Source of the DNA: an uncultured Clostridia bacterium
GTDB taxonomy: Bacteria > Bacillota > Clostridia > TANB77 > CAG-508
DNA: 64,000 nucleotides
Assembly (NCBI GenBank): GCA_947385375.1
Contig: CANDKR010000001.1
Location: 1,333-65,332, forward strand
Reading direction: 5' to 3'
The translations under genes and the position numbers were made by a program. The notes below the pieces were generated by a model, which was not told the DNA's origin, did no database searches, and worked only from the letters and a program-made list of their open reading frames with translations. Below, one piece after another: positions 40,999 through 52,105 of this stretch (its first letter is position 1; the number at the start of each line of letters is the position of its first letter).

Positions 40999-41182
40999 AA
41001 TTCGAAATCTCCTTTCAATTATTGAAATTATTATATATCGATTTTGCCAAAAAATCAATGTTAAATTCTAACTTTTGTTTTTGCAAATTTTGTTAGCATA
41101 TTTTAAACATAAAAATCAATAATAAATATTGAAATGAAAATTTGAATTTTCATTTTTTAAGATAGATTTTTAGGAGGACACT

Positions 41183-41623
41183 ATGACTAAGAAAGTATTT
41201 ATAGGTATTTTAGTTAGTATTCTTCTTTCATTATGTACAAGTTTTTGCTTTGCAGCAACTGATACAGATAAAGTAAATTTAGGTAATGATGTAAGCTCAT
41301 CAATAAATAAAGGTATGGACTCTGTTGGAAATGCTGTAAGAGATGTAGCAGGTTTTGGAGAAAGAACTGCTGATGATGCAGGTTCTGCCATCGATAATAT
41401 AGGAAACGGAAATAATAGAACAAATACAAGAAACAATAATGGTACTAATAATAATGGTATGTATAATGGAAATTATAGCACTACTAGAACAAGCGCAGAT
41501 GGTGCAGCTACAACTGCTGGTATGTCAACAACAACTTGGATGTGGGTAATATTTGCAATCGCTGCTGTAATAATAATCGCAGCTATTTGGTATTATGCTA
41601 TGCAAGGTAATGATAGAGACTAA
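41183..41623 (+). CDS. Hypothetical secreted low-complexity protein with a C-terminal TM anchor
   Basis: Strong RBS TAGGAGGA; signal peptide; Asn/Thr-rich region; C-terminal TM. Confidence 0.6.
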   Translation: MTKKVFIGILVSILLSLCTSFCFAATDTDKVNLGNDVSSSINKGMDSVGNAVRDVAGFGERTADDAGSAIDNIGNGNNRTNTRNNNGTNNNGMYNGNYSTTRTSADGAATTAGMSTTTWMWVIFAIAAVIIIAAIWYYAMQGNDRD

Positions 41624-41660
41624 CAACTAATAAAAGTCGGTATTACATACCGACTTTATT

Positions 41661-41993
41661 TTATGTTCCGCTTTTTTTCAATCTAATTAAAATTGCTATT
41701 GCAAATAATATAAGTAAAACTCCTATCGAAATCAATATTACATTCAATATATTATTTAAACCTAAATTTGCTTCAGGCAAATTTGAAAGTGGATCTACTT
41801 TGGTTACTTGCGCACTAATATCTGAAGATGAACCTGAACTGGTTGAGTTTGTACTAGTAGTTGTATTTGTTTCTTCTTCATCTAAAGTTGCACGATCTAA
41901 GTCCGCCTCATCTCCTTGCAACGCCATTGAAACATTCATAAACAAACAAGTTATTACTGTTATCACTAATATAATTTTAAATACTTTTGACAT
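41661..41993 (-). CDS. Hypothetical small surface protein with a signal peptide and a C-terminal TM plus KK tail
   Basis: The C-terminus (…LPEANLG…hydrophobic…RLKKSGT) resembles a cell-wall sorting signal without being a canonical LPXTG. Confidence 0.45.
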   Translation of the reverse strand: MSKVFKIILVITVITCLFMNVSMALQGDEADLDRATLDEEETNTTTSTNSTSSGSSSDISAQVTKVDPLSNLPEANLGLNNILNVILISIGVLLILFAIAILIRLKKSGT

Positions 41994-42058
41994 AATTTGC
42001 TCCTTAAATTAAACCTTAATAATATGATAACTCAAATTAAATAAATATTCAAGATATT

Positions 42059-43483
42059 TTAGTTATTTAACATTTGACTTTTTAAATCATATAACTTTTG
42101 TGAAATATCTACATAGTATTTTTGTGGATTTCTTAAACGTTTTACTTCATCCCAAATTGTATTTAATTGCTCTTTAGAATATTTTGCAATTTCTTTTAGA
42201 TTTGGTGATTTATATATTAGTTTACCATTTTCAAATATTTTTTCTTGTAATTCTTTTACATAATAATTTGAAATATGTTTTTTCTTCCATGTGTTATGCT
42301 CATCAAATAATTCATAACCATCTTCTGAAACTACTTCATCTGCAAGAGTAATAACATCTGCAATTGCATAATTTGTTTCTTTACTGTAAAATCTGTAAAC
42401 CCTTTTGAAACTTGGATTTGTGATTTTCTCTACGTTTTCACTAATCTTTATTTTAGGTATAATCTTTCCGCCTTTTTCAATTGCAACTAGTTTATATACC
42501 CCACCAAAAACTGCATCGCTTTTAGCTGTAATTAAGTTTTCTCCTACTCCAAAGCTATCAATTTTTGCGTCCTGTTCTAAAAGTGAAGTGATTAAATGTT
42601 CGTCAAGCGAATTGCTTACACAAATTTTAGCATCAGAATATCCTGCTTCATCAAGCATAATACGTACTTTCTTTGATAAATAAGCTAAATCTCCACTATC
42701 TAATCTAATGCCAAGTGGACGTATTCCCTTTGGTTTTAAAACTTCATCAAATACTTTTATAGCATTTTTAACTCCACTTTCTAAAGTATTATAAGTATCA
42801 ACTAAAAGTAGGCAGTTATTAGGATATAATTCAGCATAAGCTTTAAATGCCTCATATTCACTAGGAAAACTTTGTACCCAGCTATGTGCCATTGTTCCAC
42901 TTGCAGGTACATTAAATCTTTGTGCAGTAAGTACACAAGAAGTTCCTACTGCTCCTCCTATAATAGAAGCTCTAGCGCCATAAACTGCTGCTGATACTCC
43001 ATGCGCACGTCTTGCACCAAATTCCATAATTGGTCTATTGTTTGCGGCTCTAACTATTCTACTAGTTTTTGTAGCTATCAAACTTTGGTGATTAAGTAAT
43101 AAAAGCATTGCTGTTTCTAAAATTTGTGCTTCCACAATATTTGCTCTTACAGTAATTAATGGCTCTCTTGGAAATACAACTGTTCCTTCAGGAATAGCCC
43201 AGATATCTCCAGTAAATTTGAAACTAGATAAATAATCTAAATATTTATCTGTAAATATATTTAAGCTTTTCAAATAATTTATATCTTCTTCATCAAAGCT
43301 CAAATTTTGCACATAATCTATTATTTGTTCTAGACCTGCAACAATTGCATATCCACCTTTATCAGGTACTTTTCTAAAAAAAATATCAAAATAAGCTATC
43401 TCATCTCTGTTTAATTCAAAATATCCATTTGACATTGAAAACTCATAAAGATCTGTTACTAACTCTAATTTTTCACTATTCAT
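42059..43483 (-). CDS. pncB: Nicotinate phosphoribosyltransferase
   Basis: NAPRTase family, 474 aa. Confidence 0.85.
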   Translation of the reverse strand: MNSEKLELVTDLYEFSMSNGYFELNRDEIAYFDIFFRKVPDKGGYAIVAGLEQIIDYVQNLSFDEEDINYLKSLNIFTDKYLDYLSSFKFTGDIWAIPEGTVVFPREPLITVRANIVEAQILETAMLLLLNHQSLIATKTSRIVRAANNRPIMEFGARRAHGVSAAVYGARASIIGGAVGTSCVLTAQRFNVPASGTMAHSWVQSFPSEYEAFKAYAELYPNNCLLLVDTYNTLESGVKNAIKVFDEVLKPKGIRPLGIRLDSGDLAYLSKKVRIMLDEAGYSDAKICVSNSLDEHLITSLLEQDAKIDSFGVGENLITAKSDAVFGGVYKLVAIEKGGKIIPKIKISENVEKITNPSFKRVYRFYSKETNYAIADVITLADEVVSEDGYELFDEHNTWKKKHISNYYVKELQEKIFENGKLIYKSPNLKEIAKYSKEQLNTIWDEVKRLRNPQKYYVDISQKLYDLKSQMLNN

Positions 43484-44064
43484 TATAATTCCTCCACTAC
43501 CTTTATTCCAGCATTTGCCATTAATTTAAAGGCTATTTCATTATATTCATCTCTATTATGGTTAGGTGCATTATACGTTTCTACCATATTTTTAGGAACT
43601 ATAACTTCTACATCTAAATCATATTCGTTTAAAAAAGTCTTTATTGGTATTGCAGCTTGAAGCACACATATATCAGTACAACAACCAACTACTGTAATAC
43701 GTTTCAAATTAGTCATTTTTCTAATATCTTCAAAAAAGCTTCCTACATGAGCTATACTAGTTGAATTTTTCTCATAAATTAAACTGTCATCATTTTCAAA
43801 TTTTTTAAGCTCATCAACTATATTTTCTTCTCCAGTTCCTCTTACACAGTGTTCTGGATAGCTTAAAAACTCTACACAATTTTTATTATGACTATCTTTT
43901 ACAATTCCTATAACAGATTTTTCATCTTGAAATTTATTTAATAAATTTATTTGAGCTGGGATAATACTTGCAATTTCTTTATCGTGCATATTTCCATATT
44001 TCACAAATCCATTTATCATATCAATAACCACAGCATAATTTTCAACTTTACTTAAATCTTTCAT
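43483..44064 (-). CDS. Isochorismatase-family hydrolase (nicotinamidase PncA-like)
   Basis: Cysteine hydrolase fold (VGCCTDICV). Located between pncB and nadE. Confidence 0.7.
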   Translation of the reverse strand: MKDLSKVENYAVVIDMINGFVKYGNMHDKEIASIIPAQINLLNKFQDEKSVIGIVKDSHNKNCVEFLSYPEHCVRGTGEENIVDELKKFENDDSLIYEKNSTSIAHVGSFFEDIRKMTNLKRITVVGCCTDICVLQAAIPIKTFLNEYDLDVEVIVPKNMVETYNAPNHNRDEYNEIAFKLMANAGIKVVEEL

Positions 44065-44074
44065 TTTATCTCCC

Positions 44075-44836
44075 TTACATATCTAATAAACAATTTTTTC
44101 TGTCAAATTTATAAGTTGGCACTCCGTCCCTCTTATGTTTTGAACTATTAAATCTTTTTAAAATATTCTCTTTTGCAATTTTATCTGCGATATCACCTGT
44201 TTCAATCATTTCTGCTATTTGAGAATATCTTACACCCATTTTCTCCTCGTCTGTTTTTCCGCCAAGTCCGTCATTTGGTGCTTTTTTTATTATACAATCA
44301 GGAACGCCTAGATATTCACCCATTTTTAAAACTTCTGCTACTGTAAAATTTGCTATTGGATTAAAATCTGAAGCACTATCTCCCCACTTTGTTGTATATC
44401 CTACCATTGCTTCACACAAATTTCCTGTTCCAATAACTAAATAACCTAGACTTTGTGCTATTCCATATAAAGTCGTCATTCTAAGTCTTGGCTTTATATT
44501 AATGCAAGCTTCACTTGAAAGTTCTTGGACTTTAGAAACTTCTTTTTCTAAGTCAGCATAGGTACTACTTAAATCTACTGTAAGTAATTTTACTCCAAAT
44601 TTATCTGCGCATTCTTTGGCATCATTAAAATCAGAAACAATAGAATCACAAGGCATTGAAACTGCTATTACATTTTCTTTGCCTAATGCTTTAACTGCCA
44701 TTGCAAGAACTACCGCAGAATCTTTGCCACCACTTAAGCCAAGAACAACTCCTTTTACTCCTGATTTTTTAACATATTCTGCAATCCATTTAATTGCACC
44801 TTCCATTTGTTTTTTTAAATTTTCCTCATCTAACAT
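44075..44836 (-). CDS. nadE: NH3-dependent NAD+ synthetase
   Basis: PP-loop SGGKDS. Confidence 0.9.
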   Translation of the reverse strand: MLDEENLKKQMEGAIKWIAEYVKKSGVKGVVLGLSGGKDSAVVLAMAVKALGKENVIAVSMPCDSIVSDFNDAKECADKFGVKLLTVDLSSTYADLEKEVSKVQELSSEACINIKPRLRMTTLYGIAQSLGYLVIGTGNLCEAMVGYTTKWGDSASDFNPIANFTVAEVLKMGEYLGVPDCIIKKAPNDGLGGKTDEEKMGVRYSQIAEMIETGDIADKIAKENILKRFNSSKHKRDGVPTYKFDRKNCLLDM

Positions 44837-45445
44837 TTATTTTACCTCATATAATTTATTTTCTTTTATATAATTATAAACCTCATCTGGTGTCAAATAT
44901 CTAATACTTTTTCCCTCTCTTAATTTGCTTCTTGCAAAAGTTGAACTAAGATCTGTTCTTGTGTTATCTCTAAGTTTGATAAATGTATCCTTATTTGCAT
45001 TTAAAAACGAATTTGAGGCAATTATATCTTCCATCTTATCAGCATCTCTCTCAAAAATTAAAACCTTGTATTTTTCAGTTATTTTATCTGCGCCTTCCCA
45101 CGTGTCAAATTCTTTTAAATTATCTGTACCTGTTGCAAATAAGATCTGGTGCTTTGGATACTCTTTTTGTAATATATCCAAAGTTTCTATTGTAAATAAA
45201 GGTCTGTTACTATCTATCTCAAGACGTGACACTTCAAAATTTTCATTTTTATCGCAAACCATTTTTAACATATTATATCTGTCTTCACTCGAAATTATAG
45301 CTTCGTTTTTCTCATATTTTATATTTACTGGAACAAATATTACTTTATCTATATCTTCTACTTCATTTACAATTTGCTGTGCCAGCAAAAAATGTGAGTT
45401 AAGTGGCGGATTAAAAGCCCCTCCAAACATTATAATTTTTTTCAT
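44837..45445 (-). CDS. nadD: Nicotinate-nucleotide adenylyltransferase
   Basis: GGAFNPP (H/T)xGH-type nucleotidyltransferase motif. Confidence 0.85.
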   Translation of the reverse strand: MKKIIMFGGAFNPPLNSHFLLAQQIVNEVEDIDKVIFVPVNIKYEKNEAIISSEDRYNMLKMVCDKNENFEVSRLEIDSNRPLFTIETLDILQKEYPKHQILFATGTDNLKEFDTWEGADKITEKYKVLIFERDADKMEDIIASNSFLNANKDTFIKLRDNTRTDLSSTFARSKLREGKSIRYLTPDEVYNYIKENKLYEVK

Positions 45446-45636
45446 AAATTCTAAATCTCCTTAAAGCATTTTATATCATAAATTACAAAAAAATACAATA
45501 TAAAAAGTCGACAATAAGATTTTCTAACAAGTGCAAACTGGACATATTTATACAGCAAGGAGCTTTCATCACACTATGAGAAAATTCCAACTGTATAAAA
45601 AAAGAACTGGCTAAATCCAGTCCTATTTTTGTATTA

Positions 45637-45834
45637 TTAAGCAATACCATATTTTTTCTTAAATCTATCTGCTCTACCGCCAGTAGTATTTTGTTTTAAG
45701 CTTCCTGTCCAAAATGGATGACATTTTGAGCAAACATCAACTTTCATTTCTGGTTTTGTAGAATTTGTTTCAATAACATTTCCACAAGCACAAATGATTT
45801 TTGAAGCTGTATAATTTGGATGTATATCTCTCAT
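45637..45834 (-). CDS. rpmE: 50S ribosomal protein L31 (Cys-containing type)
   Basis: 65 aa with CxC…CxxC. Confidence 0.9.
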   Translation of the reverse strand: MRDIHPNYTASKIICACGNVIETNSTKPEMKVDVCSKCHPFWTGSLKQNTTGGRADRFKKKYGIA

Positions 45835-45925
45835 TGTAACTTCACCTCTTTCTTAATTATCTAAACAATCTTATATATCATAACATAATTAAAATTATAA
45901 TGCAAGTATTTATTTCCAATTTTCA

Positions 45926-46330
45926 TTAATTATTAAATGAACCATCTATAACTTTATCGATAAACTGTGTTACTGTCATACCTTTGGGCTCTTCTGGTTC
46001 TGTAACTTCTTCTGGAACTTCCTCAGGATTTTCTTCGGGATCTTGCTCTAAGTTCTCTACTGGTTGCTCATCTGAAATTTCTTGTTCATCTACAACAGCA
46101 TTATCAGTTACAGCATTATTTACCATTGTATTACCATAAGTGCTTACTTTATCAGTCACTACTTTTGGTGTGTCTGTTATGTTTAATAATTTTATAACAT
46201 CAACACCTTCTTGCTGAGTAGAAATCACTTTTTCAAGTGAAATCCTATTAACTAATTTATATGTTATATTAAATAAACAAGCGATTATACATATTGCTAA
46301 TAATAATTTTTTCCAAATTTTTGCTAGCAT
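45926..46330 (-). CDS. Hypothetical membrane-anchored protein with an acidic C-terminus
   Basis: ORF with an N-terminal TM. Confidence 0.45.
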   Translation of the reverse strand: MLAKIWKKLLLAICIIACLFNITYKLVNRISLEKVISTQQEGVDVIKLLNITDTPKVVTDKVSTYGNTMVNNAVTDNAVVDEQEISDEQPVENLEQDPEENPEEVPEEVTEPEEPKGMTVTQFIDKVIDGSFNN

Positions 46331-46400
46331 ATTTTTCTCCCTTCATAAAAGCAATCAATCACTATATATTATACCACTTTTTACCGAAAAGTCAAGATTT

Positions 46401-47885
46401 TTAAAGCTCTTCGTCATTTTCTTCCATAGCTTCCCATTTTGCTTTTTCTTGTTCCCATTCTAAATCTTGTTGTATTTTCTCTTCCTTTGTAGTAATATCC
46501 TCTTCAATTTCATCTTGCAAATGGTCCTGAGTATATGCTGAAAATGCCTCATAATATTCAACTTCCTCGTCTACTTGTGAGAAATCATAAGAATTAACTT
46601 CAACAGCTGGCATTGTTCTTGCTTTAGCTACAATCTCATCTTTATGTTTTCTAAAATAGTCTAAATCAAGTTCTGATACATATCCATTATAATTATAGTA
46701 ATGCTTTTCATTATCACTTGAACCATCATAATAATACATGATAGATACCATATATGCTTTATCTGGATTTTGCTTAGATATTTCAAAGTAATGGTTAAGT
46801 TTTTGATTTATTTTTTCTTCAACCTTAGCTTTAACTTCTACATTTTCATCACCATTTGGATAAGCTAAAATCTCATAATAAAAATTATCACTTTTTAACC
46901 CTTCAACCTCAACACTATCTGCTATATATCCGTCAGTACAAGCATAAAATTCTTTTTGCAAACTTGAACTTTCATATAATTTTTCTGCTCTATATTTTGT
47001 AAAAATTGCAAGTTCGCTTGCACAGTCCTTCATATTAATTGAAAACTGAAAATCTCTTATTATGGCAAAAATCGCACTTGGAGTAAAATAGAAATCAATA
47101 TCTGGATTTTTATTATATTCTGCCACTGCTTTAAAGGTTTGATTTTCAATATACCCATAATCTGTTTTATCAAAATTACTTGAAAATTCATCTTGCTCAC
47201 TATAAGCGTGATTCCATGCAAAAGCCTCATAAAGTGCTTGTGATAATATTGTCTTAATACTAGTGTCTTTTCTAAATAAATCATTAAATTTTAATTTCTC
47301 ACCAGTATCTAATCTATAATTCAAACCAGTGCTTTGATAACTATTATATTCTCCATCAAGGTCGATTAAAGAATACGCAAATTCTACTGAAAGCACATCT
47401 GAAAAACTTCCTGATATATATGAATTAATAGCAATCCTATCATATTCAGAGCCTTCCACTAGCTTATCTTTTAAAGAATTTATTTTTTCTTCAATTTCTT
47501 TATTTATCGCATTTTCTACTTCCTTATTTTTTAAGCCTGAAATTTGTTCATAATTTATTTCATATTTATGTGGCAAATTTTCTGTGCTAAAAATATAATT
47601 GCTAACAACATCACCTTCTGAATATTCAACTGTCTTTGTTTCTAATCCATTAATCCAAATCCTATCTCCAAGCGCTATTCTATCAGCAGTTTCACTGCTT
47701 CCTTTATGAGAAAGTGCTTCTAATAAACTCTCATCTCCTGTTTTCTTAGAATTTATTGTTATAGTAATACAAATTACAGTTACAAGGATTGCAAAAATTG
47801 CAAAACTTATTAAGAAAACAATCGTCTTATCAAGCTTTTTTGTTTTTGCTCTAGTCTTTCGACCACCACTACTTAACTGGGACAT
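46401..47885 (-). CDS. Hypothetical membrane-anchored extracellular protein. The start is MSQLSS at 47885
   Basis: RBS AAGGAGG before the ATG at 47885; single TM; no confident domain. Confidence 0.5.
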   Translation of the reverse strand: MSQLSSGGRKTRAKTKKLDKTIVFLISFAIFAILVTVICITITINSKKTGDESLLEALSHKGSSETADRIALGDRIWINGLETKTVEYSEGDVVSNYIFSTENLPHKYEINYEQISGLKNKEVENAINKEIEEKINSLKDKLVEGSEYDRIAINSYISGSFSDVLSVEFAYSLIDLDGEYNSYQSTGLNYRLDTGEKLKFNDLFRKDTSIKTILSQALYEAFAWNHAYSEQDEFSSNFDKTDYGYIENQTFKAVAEYNKNPDIDFYFTPSAIFAIIRDFQFSINMKDCASELAIFTKYRAEKLYESSSLQKEFYACTDGYIADSVEVEGLKSDNFYYEILAYPNGDENVEVKAKVEEKINQKLNHYFEISKQNPDKAYMVSIMYYYDGSSDNEKHYYNYNGYVSELDLDYFRKHKDEIVAKARTMPAVEVNSYDFSQVDEEVEYYEAFSAYTQDHLQDEIEEDITTKEEKIQQDLEWEQEKAKWEAMEENDEEL

Positions 47886-48817
47886 AACCTGCCTCCTTTG
47901 CAACCGCCTGTCCTCTAGTTGATAACATTGCATCTACTAACTTTCTAGTATTGCTGTCTTTTGGCTCTTTTTTATTTATTACAATATAATATGCTGTTTG
48001 TAAAGGATACGTATCATTTTTAATTGTCTCATTGTTTGGCTCTATACCATCTATTCCAAGCAATCTAATTCTGTTTGTAATATCTTTATCCATATCTTCA
48101 AACATTGTTGTTGCATAATAATAGTATGAATATCCAATTGAAGCTTCTCCATTATCATAGTTTGAAACTAAATTTACAATCTCAAACATTGTTTCAATTA
48201 AATCTTCTTTTGGAGCTTCCATTATCTCTTTATTTTTCATAACAAGAGAATACATACCTGTTTGGCTTCCTGAGTTTTCTGGTCTTTGATAAGCTTTTAT
48301 CTTGCTATCTTTTCCACCAACTTCTTTCCAATTTGTAATCTTACCTGTATAAATATCTTGTACTTGTTCTAAAGTCAAACTTTTAACTGGATTTTGTGAA
48401 TTTACATAGAAAACAAAACCTTCTTTTACAACTGGTATGACTTCAAGTTCAACATCTTTTTCTTCAGCAAGTTTAAGCTCTTCTTCACTTGGTTCTGTAA
48501 CTACTAATAAATCCACTTCATCATTTATTAATCTAACATATCCGTGGGTGTGTATTTGTATAATCTAATTCTCCTTCACTAGGTAGTGTACCCGTGAAAT
48601 TTTCTATAAACGCATCTGTAAGAGGTTGTGTTGCAAGTGAAGCATCAACTTTTGGATAATCTTCTAAAGTAAATAAGGCTTCAGTTCCAATTTTAGCATT
48701 TAAGCCGTCTTCCACCTTATCTTGTTTATTTTGAACACTAATTACAAACATATATGCACCTATACATATAGCTATAATTAAAATCATTGTTAACACAGTT
48801 CCTAAAACTTTTTTCAT
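47869..48817 (-). CDS. PstS-like (phosphate-binding-protein-fold) substrate-binding protein. It requires a +1 shift at an in-frame CGG (plus 48542-48544)
   Basis: RBS AAGGGGGA; N-terminal TM anchor. cca C gga tat restores …YTNTHPGYVRLINDEVDLLVV. Confidence 0.65.
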
Positions 48818-49027
48818 AAAAGTCCCCCTTAATCTAATTTCAAGATGTATCATATCATTTATGTATATTCTTTTCAATACATAAAAAGAGAATACTATAA
48901 ATTATAATATTCTTTTTTATCTTAAAATACGATAATGAAGTTTTTTTGAAAAAAACTTGCATTTTTTTTGTAACTATGGTAAACTAATAAATAGTCAGTT
49001 TATTATAATAAATGGAGGTGCTTAAAG

Positions 49028-49228
49028 ATGGCAAAATGCGCATTTTGTGATAAAGAAACAAGCTTTGGAAAACAACTAAGTATTACACGTTCACACATTA
49101 GTAAAAGAACAACTAGAACAGTAAAACCTAATTTAAGAACTGTTAAAGCAATTATTAACGGAGAACCTAAAAGAATAACAGTTTGTGCTAAATGCTTACG
49201 TTCTGGAAAAGTACAAAGAGCTAACTAA
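49028..49228 (+). CDS. rpmB: 50S ribosomal protein L28
   Basis: 66 aa with CxxC…CxxC; RBS GGAGGTG. Confidence 0.9.
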   Translation: MAKCAFCDKETSFGKQLSITRSHISKRTTRTVKPNLRTVKAIINGEPKRITVCAKCLRSGKVQRAN

Positions 49229-49233
49229 TTATA

Positions 49234-49270
49234 AAAAAAGCGGGTTAATCATTAGATTAACCCTTTTTTC
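49234..49270. terminator. Bidirectional terminator (GGGTTAAT..ATTAACCC) after rpmB
   Basis: Stem flanked by an A-run and a T-run. Confidence 0.7.
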
Positions 49271-49373
49271 ATTTTATTTCTATGTATTATCTTTTACACC
49301 AAATAAAAATTTTACAATTCCTCTAAAGGCTTTAGGAACTTTTTTTACTACAATTGTCATTTTCACCCCTCCT

Positions 49374-49529
49374 CTATTTTCCGCATAAATAACATATTCC
49401 GCCTATAATAAGTCCTACACCTATTATACAAAGCCACGCTGTTAAAGGAAGAAATAATACTAAAATTATTCCAAGCCCTAACCCCATCATACAACCTGAT
49501 ACAATTCTTTTTCGTTTTACAAAAAACAT
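49374..49529 (-). CDS. Small hydrophobic protein of 51 aa (MFFVKRKRIVSGCMMGLGLGIILVLFLPLTAWLCIIGVGLIIGGICYLCGK)
   Basis: Strong RBS AAAGGAGGAAATGAT; two predicted TM helices; not in the ORF track. Confidence 0.5.
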   Translation of the reverse strand: MFFVKRKRIVSGCMMGLGLGIILVLFLPLTAWLCIIGVGLIIGGICYLCGK

Positions 49530-49644
49530 ATCATTTCCTCCTTTATATATAATATTTTTATATTTAAAATTATGTGAACAAAAAATTGAATTTATTTCGG
49601 TTTTGTATTATAATATGAATAGTTTTAATGAAAGGATAATAATT

Positions 49645-50094
49645 ATGGATAAATTAATTGCAAAAAATCCTACTGCTTATCATAATTACGATATAAAAGA
49701 TAAGATTGAAGCTGGTATAGTGCTTACTGGTACTGAAATAAAATCTATTAGAAATGGAAAAGTAAATATTAAAGATACTTATGTCAGCATTAAAAATGGA
49801 GAAGTTTTCGTTTACGGTATGCACATTAGTCCTTATGAAATGGGAAATCGATTTAATGTTGATCCTGTTAGAGATAGAAAACTTTTACTTAATCGTAGAG
49901 AAATAGATAAACTTACAGGTCAAGTTATGCAAAAAGCCGTATCTCTTGTTCCTATATCAATTTATTTTAAAGGAAATAAAGTAAAGCTTGAAATTGGTAT
50001 CGGAAAAGGCAAAAAACTATACGATAAACGTGAAGATTTAGCAAAAAAAGACGCTGAAATGAAAATTAAAAGAGCATTAAAAAATAACCCATAA
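49645..50094 (+). CDS. smpB: SsrA-binding protein SmpB. The start is MDKLIAKN at 49645
   Basis: SmpB family; a terminator hairpin follows. No tmRNA gene downstream. Confidence 0.9.
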   Translation: MDKLIAKNPTAYHNYDIKDKIEAGIVLTGTEIKSIRNGKVNIKDTYVSIKNGEVFVYGMHISPYEMGNRFNVDPVRDRKLLLNRREIDKLTGQVMQKAVSLVPISIYFKGNKVKLEIGIGKGKKLYDKREDLAKKDAEMKIKRALKNNP

Positions 50095-50104
50095 GGGTTA
50101 TTTT

Positions 50105-52083
50105 TTATCTATATCCTAAATCTTTATCTTGTATTTTATATTCTCTATCATATTTATTATCTTCTGTTAAAACTATGTCTCTTCGATAAGCTCCGCGCTC
50201 CTATCTTTGCAACTGTAGCAAATGAAACATTATATGATATTTCTCCATGCCCAACTCCTAGATGTGCTGTAAGTTCTCCTTTATCTAAATCATAATCAAG
50301 GCTAAATTCTTTTATGTTATCGCTATCTTTACCATATAAACTAGACCTTCTAGTACCTGTTATATAATCTTCTATTATATTTGCAGCTTGATTGTCTTCC
50401 ATTTCTCTACCAGTTATAAGTTCATGGTATGTACCTAGCCTTCTAAAAACATCTTCAAACTGTTCTATAAGCTTACTGTCTTGTCTGAAATTTTCATCTT
50501 TTCCGAGCTGAATATAAAACTGTTTCAATATCTTCAAATAGCTCATATATTTCACTATCTACTTCAATTACATCTCTTTTAGTTATACCAGCAATTTTAT
50601 TAGTTAATACTGTTTGTAAGTCAAAACCGTAAAAACCTTCTCTAAAAGCTTCATCACCAAAAGCCTCTACACAAAGCATTGCCATAGCAGCTTCTGTTTT
50701 ATATCTATCTGTACTATTAGCTTGTGATAACTGAGTATATCCTTCATTTAACAAGCTTGCAGTATAATAACTCAAATTACCATTTATATGATTGCTTTCA
50801 TGATCAAAAGTAGAAGTTTTATTGTCATCTTTCATAGTATCATCAAAAGACTCTGCGTCATGAATTGTTATTTTACTTTCAAAGCAATTGCCTAAATCTT
50901 CTTCTCCTTGTGCTAAAATACCTCTATGTAAGTATGTTCCTGCAATACGTTCATGCGGATTATAAGTCAAAGATTCTTTTGAAATTTTTCCGCCTTCTAT
51001 ATAGTCGAACTCTGTTTCTAACATAGAAAACCTATTTATAAGTTCATATATATTAAGATATTGTTCATTTTTAGACCAAATTGGAGTATAAGTATCAATA
51101 ATATGCGATTTCTCTGCTTCAGATAATTTAGAATTTGAATTTATCGCCTGAATAATTCTTTGTATATCATCAGATACTTGTATATCAGCTTTTGGAAATT
51201 TGTCCCTTGCTCTTTCAATTGCCTCATATATATAAACTACTTCATTTTTATCGTTATCATAATAAAAACTAATATTGTCTTTATCTTCTTCAAAAACAGA
51301 AATAATATCAAGTTGTAAGGCAATCTCCCAAGGCTCTAATCCAGCCGTTTCAAATTGTTTTGCTATACTGTCATACTTTTCTTTTAAAGCTTTTTGGGCA
51401 TCTGTATCTGCCTTTGTATCAAAATCTTTTAAAGAATTTTCTAGCTCATCTGTTTCAGCAATAATTGCATTTGCTGCTTCAAGATCTGGTAAACTAGATG
51501 CAGATAATACCTTATACCCTCCAAAAGTAATGGAAGCTGATATCGCCACTCCAGCAATTACAATAACTATTTTTTTAGCTATTCCCTCTGCTTTATGACC
51601 TTTATACCTTTTTCTAGGAATAGGCTCGTCCCATAAATCCTTATAATTATCATAACCACTCCTATAATTACTATTGTAATTATTATTATAGTCATATGGA
51701 CTGCTTCTTCTTTTATTTGGTCTTCTAGCCATACAAAATATTTGCTTACCATTGTATTCATTATATAAATCTTTATATTCTAAATATGGGCATGACTGAG
51801 GAGAGCCATTTTCCATTTTTGCAAAATAGCTCATCCCTGTATACCTATTTACATATCTTATGAAATTTTCGTCATTAAAAATTACGTCTCTTCTTCTGAT
51901 ATACTTTCTATTTAATTTACGTATTATTTCATTTAATATTGTTAATTCTTTTTGATTAGTCACAAAACCAAATTCTTTAGTCTTTTTATCATAAAAACTA
52001 GCATTTAGCTTTGAGCCTTTTTCTTTTTCAAAAATACAATAATTTTTATTCAAAACACTTATATTTAATAATACTTTACTCAT
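50105..52083 (-). CDS. Hypothetical membrane-anchored protein of about 659 aa. It requires two +1 shifts at in-frame CGG codons (plus 50503-50505 and 50193-50195)
   Basis: gct C gga aaa joins the two ORF-track pieces. gcg C gga gct extends the C-terminus to a stop at 50105. Confidence 0.5.
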
Positions 52084-52105
52084 TTTTTTCTCCAGTATAT
52101 TTTAA

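Noticed and set aside
47060-47284. 74-aa minus-strand ORF nested inside the 46401-47885 gene
   Set aside because: It lies in an alternative frame of a longer gene and has no start signals.
50095-50160. Expected a tmRNA (ssrA) gene immediately downstream of smpB
   Set aside because: No tRNA-like GGGG…CCACCA ends or tag-reading-frame features. The space is occupied by a convergent minus-strand protein gene and a terminator.
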